A stretch of 64,000 nt of DNA from positions 13,958 through 77,957 of IMG/VR virus record IMGVR_UViG_3300032325_000464; one strand, 5' to 3'. A program made the translations under genes and the position numbers. Positions 10,065 through 20,800 of this stretch are shown in pieces. The number at the start of each line of letters is the position of its first letter. Positions within the stretch are counted from its first letter, which is position 1. The notes under the pieces were generated by a model, which saw only the letters and a list, made by a program, of their open reading frames with translations, had not been told where the DNA came from and ran no database searches. This stretch comes from a virus.

Positions 10065-10706
10065 CTATAGTGTCGTTCCGTTATATGTTTCTGTCGGAAC
10101 TGGAATGTCGTTGTTTTGATTATTATCGTTATTGAGGGCTGTAGCCTCATCCCTGGCTGCTTTATTATATCCGACTGTGTGATAGCAATAATCAATAATT
10201 ATCTTATTTCCAGCAAAGGTTCTTGCTGTTCCAAAATCAATAATGTCCCTGGTTTCTTCTAGCTGATAGATTTTTATATCGTGAAAGTATACTAACGGGT
10301 ACTGGTCGCCCCTGTCGTCCAGTAGTGGATTTGCTGAAGCTTGTTTATTTTTAATCCATTCGTTTACCTCTTGGGCTGACTCATCTCCACGATCTAAAAG
10401 ATCCTGGACAATCTGTGAGGTTTCAATTAGGGCCACTGGGTCGCCGTGCATTTTATAAAAATAGTACAGTAGCTGCTCATCTTTAATATGAGGAAATGCA
10501 CGTCTTCTCATCTTAAACATTCTGTCATATACCGCAAAAACATCATTTGCAACATCTGGAAATGTTTCTGTCAATGAGTTTATGTCTGTAGGAAGTGTAG
10601 GGAAAAACCTCATTGTATCTTTTGAAAATCTACCAGAGCCCAAGGCTGCTGGAACCTTCTCTGATAAATAAGCATTTATAAAAATTGGTGGGTATGAAAT
10701 TGCCAT
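10065..10706 (-). CDS. Putative tail terminator/completion protein
   Basis: Size and position immediately upstream of major tail; synteny only. Confidence 0.5.
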   Translation of the reverse strand: MAISYPPIFINAYLSEKVPAALGSGRFSKDTMRFFPTLPTDINSLTETFPDVANDVFAVYDRMFKMRRRAFPHIKDEQLLYYFYKMHGDPVALIETSQIVQDLLDRGDESAQEVNEWIKNKQASANPLLDDRGDQYPLVYFHDIKIYQLEETRDIIDFGTARTFAGNKIIIDYCYHTVGYNKAARDEATALNNDNNQNNDIPVPTETYNGTTL

Positions 10707-10707
10707 G

Positions 10708-11379
10708 TTAAATTATACCAGCCTTTGCAATCCACTGTTTCCCAATAGAAATGCCAAGGGCACGTCCTCCAGACTTACCCTTAGAAAAGTTCTTTTTAAA
10801 ATCTGTTGGATTTTCTAAATATGATAAAATACCAGTTGATGCTAAAAATGATTGCTTAAAGTAAAGATTAAAAAAGCTATCAAATACTCTTTCGTACTCG
10901 CCCTGTACATTACCTCCAGGGTTTGTTACAGTAACTGGTGAAGAGGTAAAAACATCTTCTCCGTCAACATTAAAGGCTAAAACTCTATTTTTAGGAACTA
11001 TTGTTACTGGAATTCCGTTTTCCATAATTCTAGCCTTATCGTAAAAAGGAACTCTAGAACCATCCTTAATACTTCTTGACTGTTTAAATTTTGAATCAAA
11101 AGATAGCCCAACTCCGTTTACGGCATATCTAATATCAAACAGTCTTGCCTCTGGAGACCCTGTCTGATTCCATTCATAAACATGGTGCAATAATTCTGAA
11201 GAGACTCTGGCGTTAGAATCAATATAGTGTTTTAGTGATTCTAGAACTGTAAGACCAAAGCCCTTTAAAAACACTCCCTGTCCCTGCTCTACTCCAGTCA
11301 AAAACCCCACACTATAACCCATAAGGTTATTCATCTGTTTTTGAAATTTCTTGTTATTTACTTTAATTGAAATCATCAC
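10708..11379 (-). CDS. Putative neck/tail completion protein
   Basis: Position in the head-tail joining block; MENG..VTI.PK...LAF motif. Confidence 0.5.
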   Translation of the reverse strand: MMISIKVNNKKFQKQMNNLMGYSVGFLTGVEQGQGVFLKGFGLTVLESLKHYIDSNARVSSELLHHVYEWNQTGSPEARLFDIRYAVNGVGLSFDSKFKQSRSIKDGSRVPFYDKARIMENGIPVTIVPKNRVLAFNVDGEDVFTSSPVTVTNPGGNVQGEYERVFDSFFNLYFKQSFLASTGILSYLENPTDFKKNFSKGKSGGRALGISIGKQWIAKAGII

Positions 11380-11825
11380 ACATCTGCTGACTGGTTTTCT
11401 GATCTGCGCAAAATAACCTTATAATATTCTACAGCTCCAAATGGTCCAACAAATGGCTCTACTGTCGCCACCTCAAAAATTGTTGCTTTCCCAGATCTTG
11501 GACCAGAAGTCTCAATATAGACCTGCTCGGAGTTTCGATCTTTAATATTGCTTACAACAATATTAGTAATGGCATTTTTTGCATTTTTAGAAGATATTCT
11601 AATGTCTGTTTTAAGTCTTCCAAGCAATATCGATTCTTGGGTGATATTTACATTTGGAGTAACTTCTTCTTTAAAGGCAGATCCAGCATGAACTAGAGAA
11701 CAAGCTATCGTTCTATCGTGAATCCACTGTTTCACAATGTTTCCCAACGAGCCCTGCTCTACAATTGGGTAAAAAACGTCTGCACACATTGGAAAAGTAA
11801 AATCTGTTGTCTCATAAACAGTCAT
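11376..11825 (-). CDS. Putative head closure (stopper) protein
   Basis: 149 aa, beta-rich, between adaptor and neck genes. Confidence 0.5.
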   Translation of the reverse strand: MTVYETTDFTFPMCADVFYPIVEQGSLGNIVKQWIHDRTIACSLVHAGSAFKEEVTPNVNITQESILLGRLKTDIRISSKNAKNAITNIVVSNIKDRNSEQVYIETSGPRSGKATIFEVATVEPFVGPFGAVEYYKVILRRSENQSADV

Positions 11826-12739
11826 TATAATACTCCGACTTTAGTAATAGACTTGGCATACTTATTAAGTACCTTGTCCACTATTACGTTTCCTGTTCCG
11901 CTTAAGATGCTTTTATCAAATTGAATTCTAAACTGATCAGTATTGTAGGATGTTACATAGCGCTGATAGTAGTCAAGTCTGCCGCATTTTAGGTCATCGA
12001 TTAGCATCTCTGCTGCATGCTTGATGTCTGATGGAAGTCTTACAAATCCTTCATCTAAAATAAAATTATAGTTATATCTTTCTGGGAATGAGCCGTAATT
12101 GTATACCCCACTTGCAATGTCACCACTGGAGGCTGGAAGCTTGATTGTTGGGGATGCTATTCTATTTACCTCTCCAGACTCTACCCTATAAATAGCAGAC
12201 TTGTCTAGAGTTATTTGAAACACATACTCATAGTCTTCTGGATTTTCAGCGTCATAAATAAGAACATCATTTTCATACACCTTTAACACAGAGTTAGCAT
12301 TTAGCCATACTGGGACATAGTCTGCGCCAGTCCCCTTTGTCTCTAAAGATCTTTTACGATTATAAAACTCTACTGGGCTAGAATAGTTGTCGATAATAGC
12401 TCTAGCTATTAGCTCCCACTTTTTATACTCTGCAATTTCAGATGCTGTTGTCCCAAGTGTATTTGGATTTACATATGGTCGTACAATGTCATAGGTTTCT
12501 GAGAATATCGACACGCCATTTCTAGATAGGTCTACTAGATAAGAGTTATCATAGTTTTTATTTAGGTAAAATGTTAGGTCGGAACCGCCAGAAGTTTGAA
12601 CCTCTAGGGTAGAAATTGAGAGGTCGCCAAGGTCAGTAATAGACAAGATATGCTCAGACTGTGCGTGGGCCCCTGGTACTTCAATGGTTACCCCAATTCC
12701 AGCTGTGGTAATGTTCTCAGCAACTCTCAAAATTTCCAT
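11825..12739 (-). CDS. Head-tail adaptor protein
   Basis: ARAIIDNY and G...LPSDIKHAAEMLI adaptor-like motifs; start revised to MEILRV at 12739 so that it abuts the upstream stop. Confidence 0.6.
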   Translation of the reverse strand: MEILRVAENITTAGIGVTIEVPGAHAQSEHILSITDLGDLSISTLEVQTSGGSDLTFYLNKNYDNSYLVDLSRNGVSIFSETYDIVRPYVNPNTLGTTASEIAEYKKWELIARAIIDNYSSPVEFYNRKRSLETKGTGADYVPVWLNANSVLKVYENDVLIYDAENPEDYEYVFQITLDKSAIYRVESGEVNRIASPTIKLPASSGDIASGVYNYGSFPERYNYNFILDEGFVRLPSDIKHAAEMLIDDLKCGRLDYYQRYVTSYNTDQFRIQFDKSILSGTGNVIVDKVLNKYAKSITKVGVL

Positions 12740-12740
12740 A

Positions 12741-13214
12741 TTACTTACCGTACTCCCTGGCAACCTCTTCTGGGGTTGCAATACGGATATGGTCACGCTT
12801 GGCCCACTTGTCAGCGGCCTCTTTGGTTACAATATTATAGCCGATATATACTTTTCCAACACCGCTCCAGGTTACGTTGCGTGTTGAATGAACAGCAACG
12901 GTGTCCTTCTTATTTTCTTTATTTGGTGTTGCAGCCTTTTGTTTACTGGCTGCTGAAGAAACAGTAGTAGAGCCCATAGCTCCATTTCCAACAAAACCCA
13001 AAGCTGGTTTTTCTTCTGCTGGTTTGGGTGAGGTAATCAAAGACTCAGTCTTTGCCTCTTTTTCTTCAGTCAAGTCTTTCACTGAATCTTTATACTTTTC
13101 AACCAATTCATTTATGGCATCCCTATTATTATCTATGTACTCTTTTGAGATAACTGGCTCTCCAGGCTGCAAAGTTGCTAGTGTAATATTTTCGTTATTT
13201 GTATTTTCAAACAT
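12741..13214 (-). CDS. Hypothetical virion-module protein
   Basis: 157-aa ORF with GGAGG Shine-Dalgarno, downstream of the capsid gene. Confidence 0.7.
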   Translation of the reverse strand: MFENTNNENITLATLQPGEPVISKEYIDNNRDAINELVEKYKDSVKDLTEEKEAKTESLITSPKPAEEKPALGFVGNGAMGSTTVSSAASKQKAATPNKENKKDTVAVHSTRNVTWSGVGKVYIGYNIVTKEAADKWAKRDHIRIATPEEVAREYGK

Positions 13215-13249
13215 AATAACCTCCTAAACTATAATTATAACAGATATTG

Positions 13250-13284
13250 AAAAAGAGGGCAGGAGCCGAAACCCCTGCCCCCTC
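13250..13284 (-). terminator. Intrinsic terminator after major capsid gene
   Basis: GGGCAGG/CCTGCCC stem with a U-tract on the minus strand. Confidence 0.7.
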
Positions 13285-13302
13285 TAAAGGTCAAGCTAAG
13301 AT

Positions 13303-14454
13303 TTATGAATCTGAGCTGTCTGAGTCAGCGAATGCAATTGCATCCTCTTCTTCCCACTGAACGCCGAATCTTACGAATACGGTGTACTCAATGGTGTCCT
13401 TCTTTGGCTTGTACTCACGGTTTACTGTGATGTCGCGCTGGAATCCCCAGATACGGTTCTGTGGGAATGTAAGGTCTACATATCCTGCAGGGAAATAAGG
13501 AACTTCCTGAACATCAACGCCTAGAACACGTGTTGTACGTGCTCCACCGAATGTCTGACCGACACCGTCAAGGTAGTCCTGACGGTTAGCCTGAGTTGAT
13601 CCTGGAGTCATTCCTGCGAATGCCTCAGCAACAGCGTCAGCTAGGGTACCATTGTGCTTAACAATGCCCTGGAATGCATCAGTACCTGCGTAGAACTTAA
13701 GGTTGTTCTTAAGTGCGCGGTACTTACGAGGCATAGCCAAGATAATGTTCTGCATAACATCTGGAGTCCAAGCGTTGTCAGTTACTGTAACAACTGACTC
13801 GTGTGCATCTCCAGTCTTTGCTCGGTTAACGAAACCCTGCAAGATAGATAGGAATGCATCTGAACCTGTACCAGTACCGTTGATCGCTAGATCTTCGATG
13901 TCATTAGCAAAAGCGTTTGTCATCAAACGTACTAGGTGGTCTTCAAGTGCACCTCCTTCAATTCCATCTTCAAGTGCTTCAGCAGTTACTTCCCAGTCAA
14001 GACGAATCTTCTTGGTAGTAAGCTCAACCTTTGTAAACTGAGCTCCTGCGTTAGAGTAGTCTCCAACAGCCTGTGTGGCCGCACGGATAACACGCTCTCC
14101 GACATTAACCTTCTCAAGTTCCATGGTGTTGGCTCGCATTGTTACTCTGCGTCCATCCTTGGCGAGAACTGTGGCATCCCACACGTAGTCAATAAAACGA
14201 CGTGCTTGCTCTGGGCGTAGGATACCTGAACCTGCATCACCTGAAGGGTTAATAGCATTAGCCCCATTAGTATTGCCAAGGTAGGCATTGTCAATGTTTC
14301 CAAGAACACCAGCTGTGGTGTAGTTTCCTGGAATGTTCTGGCCAGCCTCTGACCCAGACGCAAATGATCCCTGGCCCTGATATAGACCTGGAGTAGTTCC
14401 GCCTAGCTCACCAGCCTCGCCTGGCTGATTTTTAATAATTTCTTGTTCCGACAT
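13303..14454 (-). CDS. Major capsid protein (HK97 fold)
   Basis: GILRPEQARRFIDY...KKIRLDWEVTAEALEDGIEG...FANDIEDLAINGTG; follows portal and protease; GGAGGTG SD favours ATG 14454. Confidence 0.9.
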   Translation of the reverse strand: MSEQEIIKNQPGEAGELGGTTPGLYQGQGSFASGSEAGQNIPGNYTTAGVLGNIDNAYLGNTNGANAINPSGDAGSGILRPEQARRFIDYVWDATVLAKDGRRVTMRANTMELEKVNVGERVIRAATQAVGDYSNAGAQFTKVELTTKKIRLDWEVTAEALEDGIEGGALEDHLVRLMTNAFANDIEDLAINGTGTGSDAFLSILQGFVNRAKTGDAHESVVTVTDNAWTPDVMQNIILAMPRKYRALKNNLKFYAGTDAFQGIVKHNGTLADAVAEAFAGMTPGSTQANRQDYLDGVGQTFGGARTTRVLGVDVQEVPYFPAGYVDLTFPQNRIWGFQRDITVNREYKPKKDTIEYTVFVRFGVQWEEEDAIAFADSDSSDS

Positions 14455-14480
14455 AATTGTCACCTCCTAAGTGATTTTGT

Positions 14481-15794
14481 TTATTTGAATAAATCGGCAG
14501 TTTTGAGGAAACGTCCGCCCCATAGGGATTTCTCAACCTGTTCTGGCTGAGTTTCCTGAATGATCTCGCCTAGATCACCAGACTTGCGGAAAGCTGTATC
14601 TGCCTCTACGGCGTCTACTCTCTTTCCAAACTCGTTAAATACGTCCTTGCTTGCAGTTACCTCATTTTTTACTGCTGCAATAGACTTGTGTAGTTCTGAA
14701 ATTTGCTCTGCTTGTGCACGAACAACTTCAGTTAGATCGCTAAAGGCTTTTGTAACAACATCCTTAACATCTGCAATAGATGCCTCAAGGGTGTTGTCTG
14801 ACTTAGACACTTCTTCCTCCGCAGCCTCTTCCTTCATGTCGTCAGACTTTAGAGTTTCCTCGTCATCTTCGTCCATGTCGTCAGACTTCTTTTCTTCCTT
14901 CATAGACTTTTCTTTCTCGTCCATGTCGTAAGACTTTTCTACTGCATCTTCGTTTGTAGCATCTGCCTCTGGAGCGACCTGTGATTCTTCAACCACATCA
15001 TCAGACTTTTCTGTGATGTCATTTGTTGTTTCAGTCATAAGACCTACCTCCTTGTTAATCTCAGTCTTAATGCCTTTAGCACTATCAACCAAGAACTTTA
15101 TCATATCTGTTTTTTCGTTATCTGATTTTTCAACGAAACCTATATTTTGCATTGGGGCTCCTGAAGTAGGGCTTACCTCTACTTCTTTTTCAGAAAGCAT
15201 TATAATTTGAGACTCTGGATCCCAAAAAACGTTTTCAATTTCTGTATTTACGCCATCACCTTTGATAACGTCTACTCCATCTACTTTTTCAACAGACAAA
15301 ATGTTCGCAAATTGGTTTGCTGGGGTATCTACCAGGGAAAGTTCCACTAGATCATACTCCTTAATAATGCGAATTGTAGAGTCCATTTTTTCATCATATG
15401 CGTCATCCCACTTGTTCATCTTGCCGCCAATAGAAAAACCTGAAAGAGTTCCATCTAGAACCTTTTCCCAGGTATCTTGTGCGCCTTTTGAAACATATGC
15501 AGACACATAGACTCCGCTGTAAAACTTTTTTGTTTCAGGATCAAAATACTTGTCTTCTTTGAACGCTACCATTTTACCAACGGCTAGTGGTTGGTGCATC
15601 TCACGGATATTGCCACGAAACTTTGAGAATGCCTTTACGGATGCCTCAGTTGTGACGATATCTTTTTGACGATCAACGTTGTCAAGTGTGGCAAACCCAG
15701 AAACGATACGACGTTCCTTGTCTACTTTAGAGAATGGCATAGAGAGGCGAACGTTGTCGCCCTCTGAATTCCAATGTGCTTTTGCTATAGTCAT
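14481..15794 (-). CDS. Prohead protease (HK97-type) with acidic scaffold-like C-terminus
   Basis: VSGFATLDNVD, REMH, GFSIGG and ELSLVDTPAN protease motifs; acidic coiled-coil tail. Confidence 0.88.
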   Translation of the reverse strand: MTIAKAHWNSEGDNVRLSMPFSKVDKERRIVSGFATLDNVDRQKDIVTTEASVKAFSKFRGNIREMHQPLAVGKMVAFKEDKYFDPETKKFYSGVYVSAYVSKGAQDTWEKVLDGTLSGFSIGGKMNKWDDAYDEKMDSTIRIIKEYDLVELSLVDTPANQFANILSVEKVDGVDVIKGDGVNTEIENVFWDPESQIIMLSEKEVEVSPTSGAPMQNIGFVEKSDNEKTDMIKFLVDSAKGIKTEINKEVGLMTETTNDITEKSDDVVEESQVAPEADATNEDAVEKSYDMDEKEKSMKEEKKSDDMDEDDEETLKSDDMKEEAAEEEVSKSDNTLEASIADVKDVVTKAFSDLTEVVRAQAEQISELHKSIAAVKNEVTASKDVFNEFGKRVDAVEADTAFRKSGDLGEIIQETQPEQVEKSLWGGRFLKTADLFK

Positions 15795-15850
15795 GGTACT
15801 TTAATTATACCCCCGTTTTAATAACATGTTAATAACTATGTTAATAACTT

Positions 15851-17476
15851 TTATTGTGAGGATCTTCCCTCTCCTTGAGCATTGCGCCCAGAGATGGTGG
15901 CAGTATTGTCAGAGGAGTTGTTTGCTCTCTCTGAATCCCTAGTTTTATTGCCAGCCATGTTACCCTTGGCATCAGCAGCGGCCCTAGCATTAAGCTCTAG
16001 AGGCTCATCGCCATCTGGTCTTTGAGGTAGTCCAAGGATTGTTCTAGCCTCATTAGGAACCATAATCTGATTCTTTACGTAACGCTCTAGAATTTGAGAT
16101 TGTGCAATCTCGTCAGTAAGTGTGAGCTCATTAAATTTAAGCTCAAGAAGATCTGTCTTTTCTTTAATAATTTTGCTCAAAAGCTTCTCAATGTTTCTTT
16201 GAGCTGGCCTAGCAACCTGCTCCTTAAAAGTACGATCCTGTGCTAGAGCAGCAGCAATAGCAGAAGAATCTCCACCACCAATCTTAGATAGTGGAACTTG
16301 GTGAGCAACAAGAATGTCATCACGATTACGGATGCGGTAATCATTGAAAGACGCCTCTTGAACACCATTTTCAATTGGTTCCATCTTAAACTCAACCTTG
16401 TTTGTATCTGAGTCTGCTGGCAAAGGAATATATAGTGTTCTATGGTTTTGGCCTTTTAGGCTAGTTTGCAAGAAGCGGAACATCTTGTCCTCTGCCTCTT
16501 CAGAAAGCTTTGCACCCTTTAGGGTTACTACATACCTAGGCACTGCCTTGTTTCCAAAGAAGTCAATGTTATATTGTGATGCTAGCTGGTCTCCATGTAA
16601 GGCTGAGATTGCCGACATAATGTCTGGAACGCCGTAAAAAGTGTTTAGTGGGGAGTATTCCTTAAAGTGAATAATCTCGTTTGGCCTATTATCTGTTGTT
16701 AGTGGGTTTTGGTTTTTTGCCCCAAAGTTTCTAAAGTAAACAACTTTCTGACCAATAATCTGTACATATCCATCACGCAATCTACGTGCTCGCATAGTTG
16801 TTGAAGGAATGTGCCCTAGATATCCAATCTCTCCAGCAGTAGTTCTACCAATTTCTAGATAACCATTTCCCGTGGCCTGTACATCAGTATATACCTTTTC
16901 CATCGTTAGGTTAAATGAATCATCATCATTTAAGCTTTCTAGCCAATCCTTTAACTCTACTTTTGCGCGTTCAATACGCTTTCTAGCCTTATCGGTTGCT
17001 GACTCATTGGTAGATGCCTCGATAGCCATAAGAGTTTTTTGTGTTGGCTTAAACTCATAGCCTAGCCCAACAATGTTTTCAACTTTTGCATCGATGGCAG
17101 CGTGATTAGCAAATGAGGTGTCATAATAGTTTGCAAGCTCGTAAAGGTTCCATGGTGGGGTAATAACATCGAATAGTCCGTAGCCATTGCGATATACAAC
17201 GCCAGGGTTGATTTCTTTTGAATATGCCCCGTTTATTCCACGGCTAGTGGTCAATGCGCTATCTTGGTATTCTGGCCTTGTCGTGTCTACATTGTTTCCT
17301 ATGGCTGATATGTCTGCCTTAGAGATGCGATCTGATCTGCGCTTAAAGTTTTTTTCTAAACCAGACAAGGACTTCAAATCATCCCAGGTTTTTGCAAATG
17401 GGTCTTGATCCTTAAAAATGTTGTTTTCTAGCTCCAACCTATCAAGGCCGAGGTCTCTAATATACTGTTCTGACAT
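15851..17476 (-). CDS. Portal protein
   Basis: 541 aa; TGNGYLEI, NEIIHFK..SP...FYGVP, FFGNKAVP and PNEARTILGL portal motifs. Confidence 0.9.
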   Translation of the reverse strand: MSEQYIRDLGLDRLELENNIFKDQDPFAKTWDDLKSLSGLEKNFKRRSDRISKADISAIGNNVDTTRPEYQDSALTTSRGINGAYSKEINPGVVYRNGYGLFDVITPPWNLYELANYYDTSFANHAAIDAKVENIVGLGYEFKPTQKTLMAIEASTNESATDKARKRIERAKVELKDWLESLNDDDSFNLTMEKVYTDVQATGNGYLEIGRTTAGEIGYLGHIPSTTMRARRLRDGYVQIIGQKVVYFRNFGAKNQNPLTTDNRPNEIIHFKEYSPLNTFYGVPDIMSAISALHGDQLASQYNIDFFGNKAVPRYVVTLKGAKLSEEAEDKMFRFLQTSLKGQNHRTLYIPLPADSDTNKVEFKMEPIENGVQEASFNDYRIRNRDDILVAHQVPLSKIGGGDSSAIAAALAQDRTFKEQVARPAQRNIEKLLSKIIKEKTDLLELKFNELTLTDEIAQSQILERYVKNQIMVPNEARTILGLPQRPDGDEPLELNARAAADAKGNMAGNKTRDSERANNSSDNTATISGRNAQGEGRSSQ

Positions 17477-17853
17477 TAGTCATCACTTCCATATTTAGCT
17501 AGGGTTTCTTTAGCTGCCATTACTGCACCAAGATCATTCATGCTTGGAATTAGGCCTTGCTTCATTCTGTCTAGCTGTTCGCTATACTCTTCTTCGGAAA
17601 CTCTTTCTACCCCTGGCATAAACTCGTATGAGCCGTCGCCTTGGCCAAGAGCCGTAGCCTCCTGTTGCAATTTATGAATCTGAAGTGCGTCACCCCTATG
17701 GGACGGAATGTTTAGAACATTACCACTACCATCTGTAAAAGCTTTGCCGTTAGCCTTTTTCCAGAAATAAATACCCCAGTCATACTGCTTATCTAAAACT
17801 GTAAGCTTTGACTCGCCAACCTGACCAGGAACTCTAAATTTTTCATCATTCAT
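17476..17853 (-). CDS. Hypothetical protein upstream of portal
   Basis: ORF track; start revised to the ATG 7 nt after TGGTATACT. Confidence 0.65.
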   Translation of the reverse strand: MNDEKFRVPGQVGESKLTVLDKQYDWGIYFWKKANGKAFTDGSGNVLNIPSHRGDALQIHKLQQEATALGQGDGSYEFMPGVERVSEEEYSEQLDRMKQGLIPSMNDLGAVMAAKETLAKYGSDD

Positions 17854-17871
17854 AACCACCAGTATACCATA

Positions 17872-20800
17872 TTATACTGCTGATATTGTTTGTGTTTGCC
17901 AAGAAATATCCTTTAACACGTTATACTCATAAGACTTTAGCGTCAATGGTCTTGTATCATCAACAATTATTTTGTTAGTTCCAGTATAGGTTTTGTATAT
18001 GTCTGACGGATCAACTCCGTAGTAGCTTCTTGAAGAAAGTATCAGAACTCCATTCCAAATATATGATGTATCCCAATATTCCCAGTCAAAGTCTAATGAT
18101 CCAGAGGTTTTAACCTTTATCCATGGCCTTGAGGTAATCTGCTGCACCTCTTGTAGGTTTGTTGATTGATAGTGAGAAAGCATATTTATTAAAATTGGAC
18201 CAGATATTCTTAAAAATCCTATGTAATTATTTAAATTAAGAGTATTAGAAAAGCTGATTCCAAGCATACCCCACTGTTTCACAGTTATGTTTGGCTCTTT
18301 TACAATTTTCCCATTCCAGTAAAAAGCTATTCCATTCTCAAGCAGTCCAGTCTTAGCATTAACTGCATAAATTTTTGCTCTTTTGCCGCCTGGATGGTTG
18401 GCCACTAGATAAAACTTTAGCAATGATCCCCTTGACTCAATTTGAAAAATTTCTGTTGGGGCAAATGGGAAGAAGTCTTCGTCGTATCTTATAGCCATTT
18501 GAGAGGCTATTATCTTATAGTCTGACGACCTACCCTCATTTAATGGTATTGATAGGCCACGGTCTACTAGGGGATCGTAGTCGCCCCTTACCTGTATGCC
18601 ACTTGTTCTTGTAAGATATAGGTAAGGAGAGCTTCCTTTATAAATACTAAATGGGTTTCTGCTCTTGTAGTCATAGTAAACTCCAGACTTCTTGTATGGA
18701 TATATTTTTGTTCCAAACCTGGTTCCAACCCCTACTGGGGTAGTGTCATTAAGTGCCTGGGACGAGTACTGAAGCTTTTTAATCTTAATTGGGTTATAAC
18801 TTAAACCATCTACAATAAACTCTATATGGGTTACTAGAGCCAACTCACTAAAGTTAACCCCAGACGGTGGATAAATTATCATATTGTCTACTACCTCATA
18901 TTTTGTGCTAGACCAGTCTTCTAGAGAGCTTCCTGGAATAATTACCCCATTTTTAGGTGCAGGTATTGTGCTTGTAAAGTATTCAGAAGACTCGTTAGCT
19001 CCGTTTTTTAAATACTGAAAAGTTATGTATGTCTTTACTAGTGATGAAGATGTGTCATAGCTGTAGGACTTGATTGCTTTATTTTTTAGATCAAGGTAGT
19101 CCTGATATCCAGTAAACAACTGATTATCTAAAGAAGAGTATGTTCTTTGTACTGGAACAGCATATTGCGATTGTAGCTGATCGTAGGTCCATGAACTGGA
19201 TGTTTCGTCTTCAGAAAATATTGATGGTGCTGGGTAGTTTATATTAAACTGAATAAAGTCCAGCTCGTATCTAGATTGATTGTTTGCGTCTGTTACATAT
19301 TTGGCAAAATAGCTAAGTGGAATGTAGTCTTCCCAATAAGAGTCTGCAGAAATATCTAGCACAAAATTGCCAAAATATGATTTGGGAGATATGGTGTAGC
19401 TTGCAATATGTGGCTGTAGGTTAGCTGTTGCTATTGTTGCTGGAGTTCCACCATCATAAAGAATAGTCCAAAATGTTGTTGATGCCTCCCCGCCGTCGAG
19501 CTCTAATCCATCCAGCAAATACTGAAGGTCTTGCTGATCAACAACTATACCTCTATTGCTAAACAGGTGAGATATTTTCTTGAGGTTTCTTTTAGTACAA
19601 AATCCAACATTATATATATGGCCCAAGAATGTTTTGTCAAATTCTTTATTTCCACCAACAGACATGCTTAAGAGTGACTTTTTTCCAAAAAATGATGCAA
19701 GGTTGCCGCCAAAATAACTAACAAATGACTGTATATTTATACCAACAGAAAAGTCTTCACCAAGATAATGTTTTTGCGCTCTATAGATTATCTCTTCTTG
19801 TGAATTAAAATATAAAATATAATCTATCGAGTCTGACGCAAGTTTTATTTGAAAATAATTAGAGCTAGACACGTCATCTATCTGAAAAAGTATCTGCTCT
19901 CTATTTGCTGAATCTATTTCACGAAAAACGCCGTAGAAGCCTTTTACATCTTCTGAAAGAACACTGAGCCTATCTACCAAAACATATCCCTGAGTTTGAT
20001 CCCATTGAGAGTTTGGGTATAGCGACACAAAGCTATCAGACATTTCTGACTGGGCTAGTGCTATATCAATATTCCACTCATCCCTTGTTTTATTGTTAAA
20101 TATAACTTTAGGCTCTGGCAGAGTTGGAGAAGATAGCATACCATTATCAACAGATAGGTTTTCAACTATGGCCTGATCCCACTTACCGATATCTGGATAG
20201 CTATAGCTATTTGCATAATTTGCAAACGGATAGTCTATAAAAACTGAGGTTCCGCTATATGCAGTATTAATGTTTTCTGGAAACTCTACGCCCTGGCCAT
20301 AAATCCATCTACGCTTTAGCATTATTTGAGATGTCTTGTATGGATATATTGCTATGCAGTCTATTTCTATTGGGGATACATCCTGATAAGAATAAAATCC
20401 AATCCAGTCCTGACTTTTACCAGAAGAATTTGTTTTATCTGGAAAATTTAAAACACTATTTGCTATATTTAATGACACTACCTCTTCGCCATTTATAAGT
20501 AAGCTAGCCGAAGATCTTGAATAATTAATATTAATAAGCATAGGCCTTTGCCATTCACCAACAAAGTAGGACCCAAAAAGATCTCCAATTTTTAAAATAA
20601 TCAACGGACCGTGAACATACACCCCATCTTCAGAAGATATTGGCCCTAGGATTCTTTTTTCTATTGGACTATCTGAGCTTATTCTTAGCCATGCCTCAAA
20701 GGTATAGTCACGATACTCTCCAGATGAATTCAAAAATCCGTATCCAGGAACAATTAAAGATGGACCAGCACTTGGAGACAAAATTGTTACGTTTGAAGCA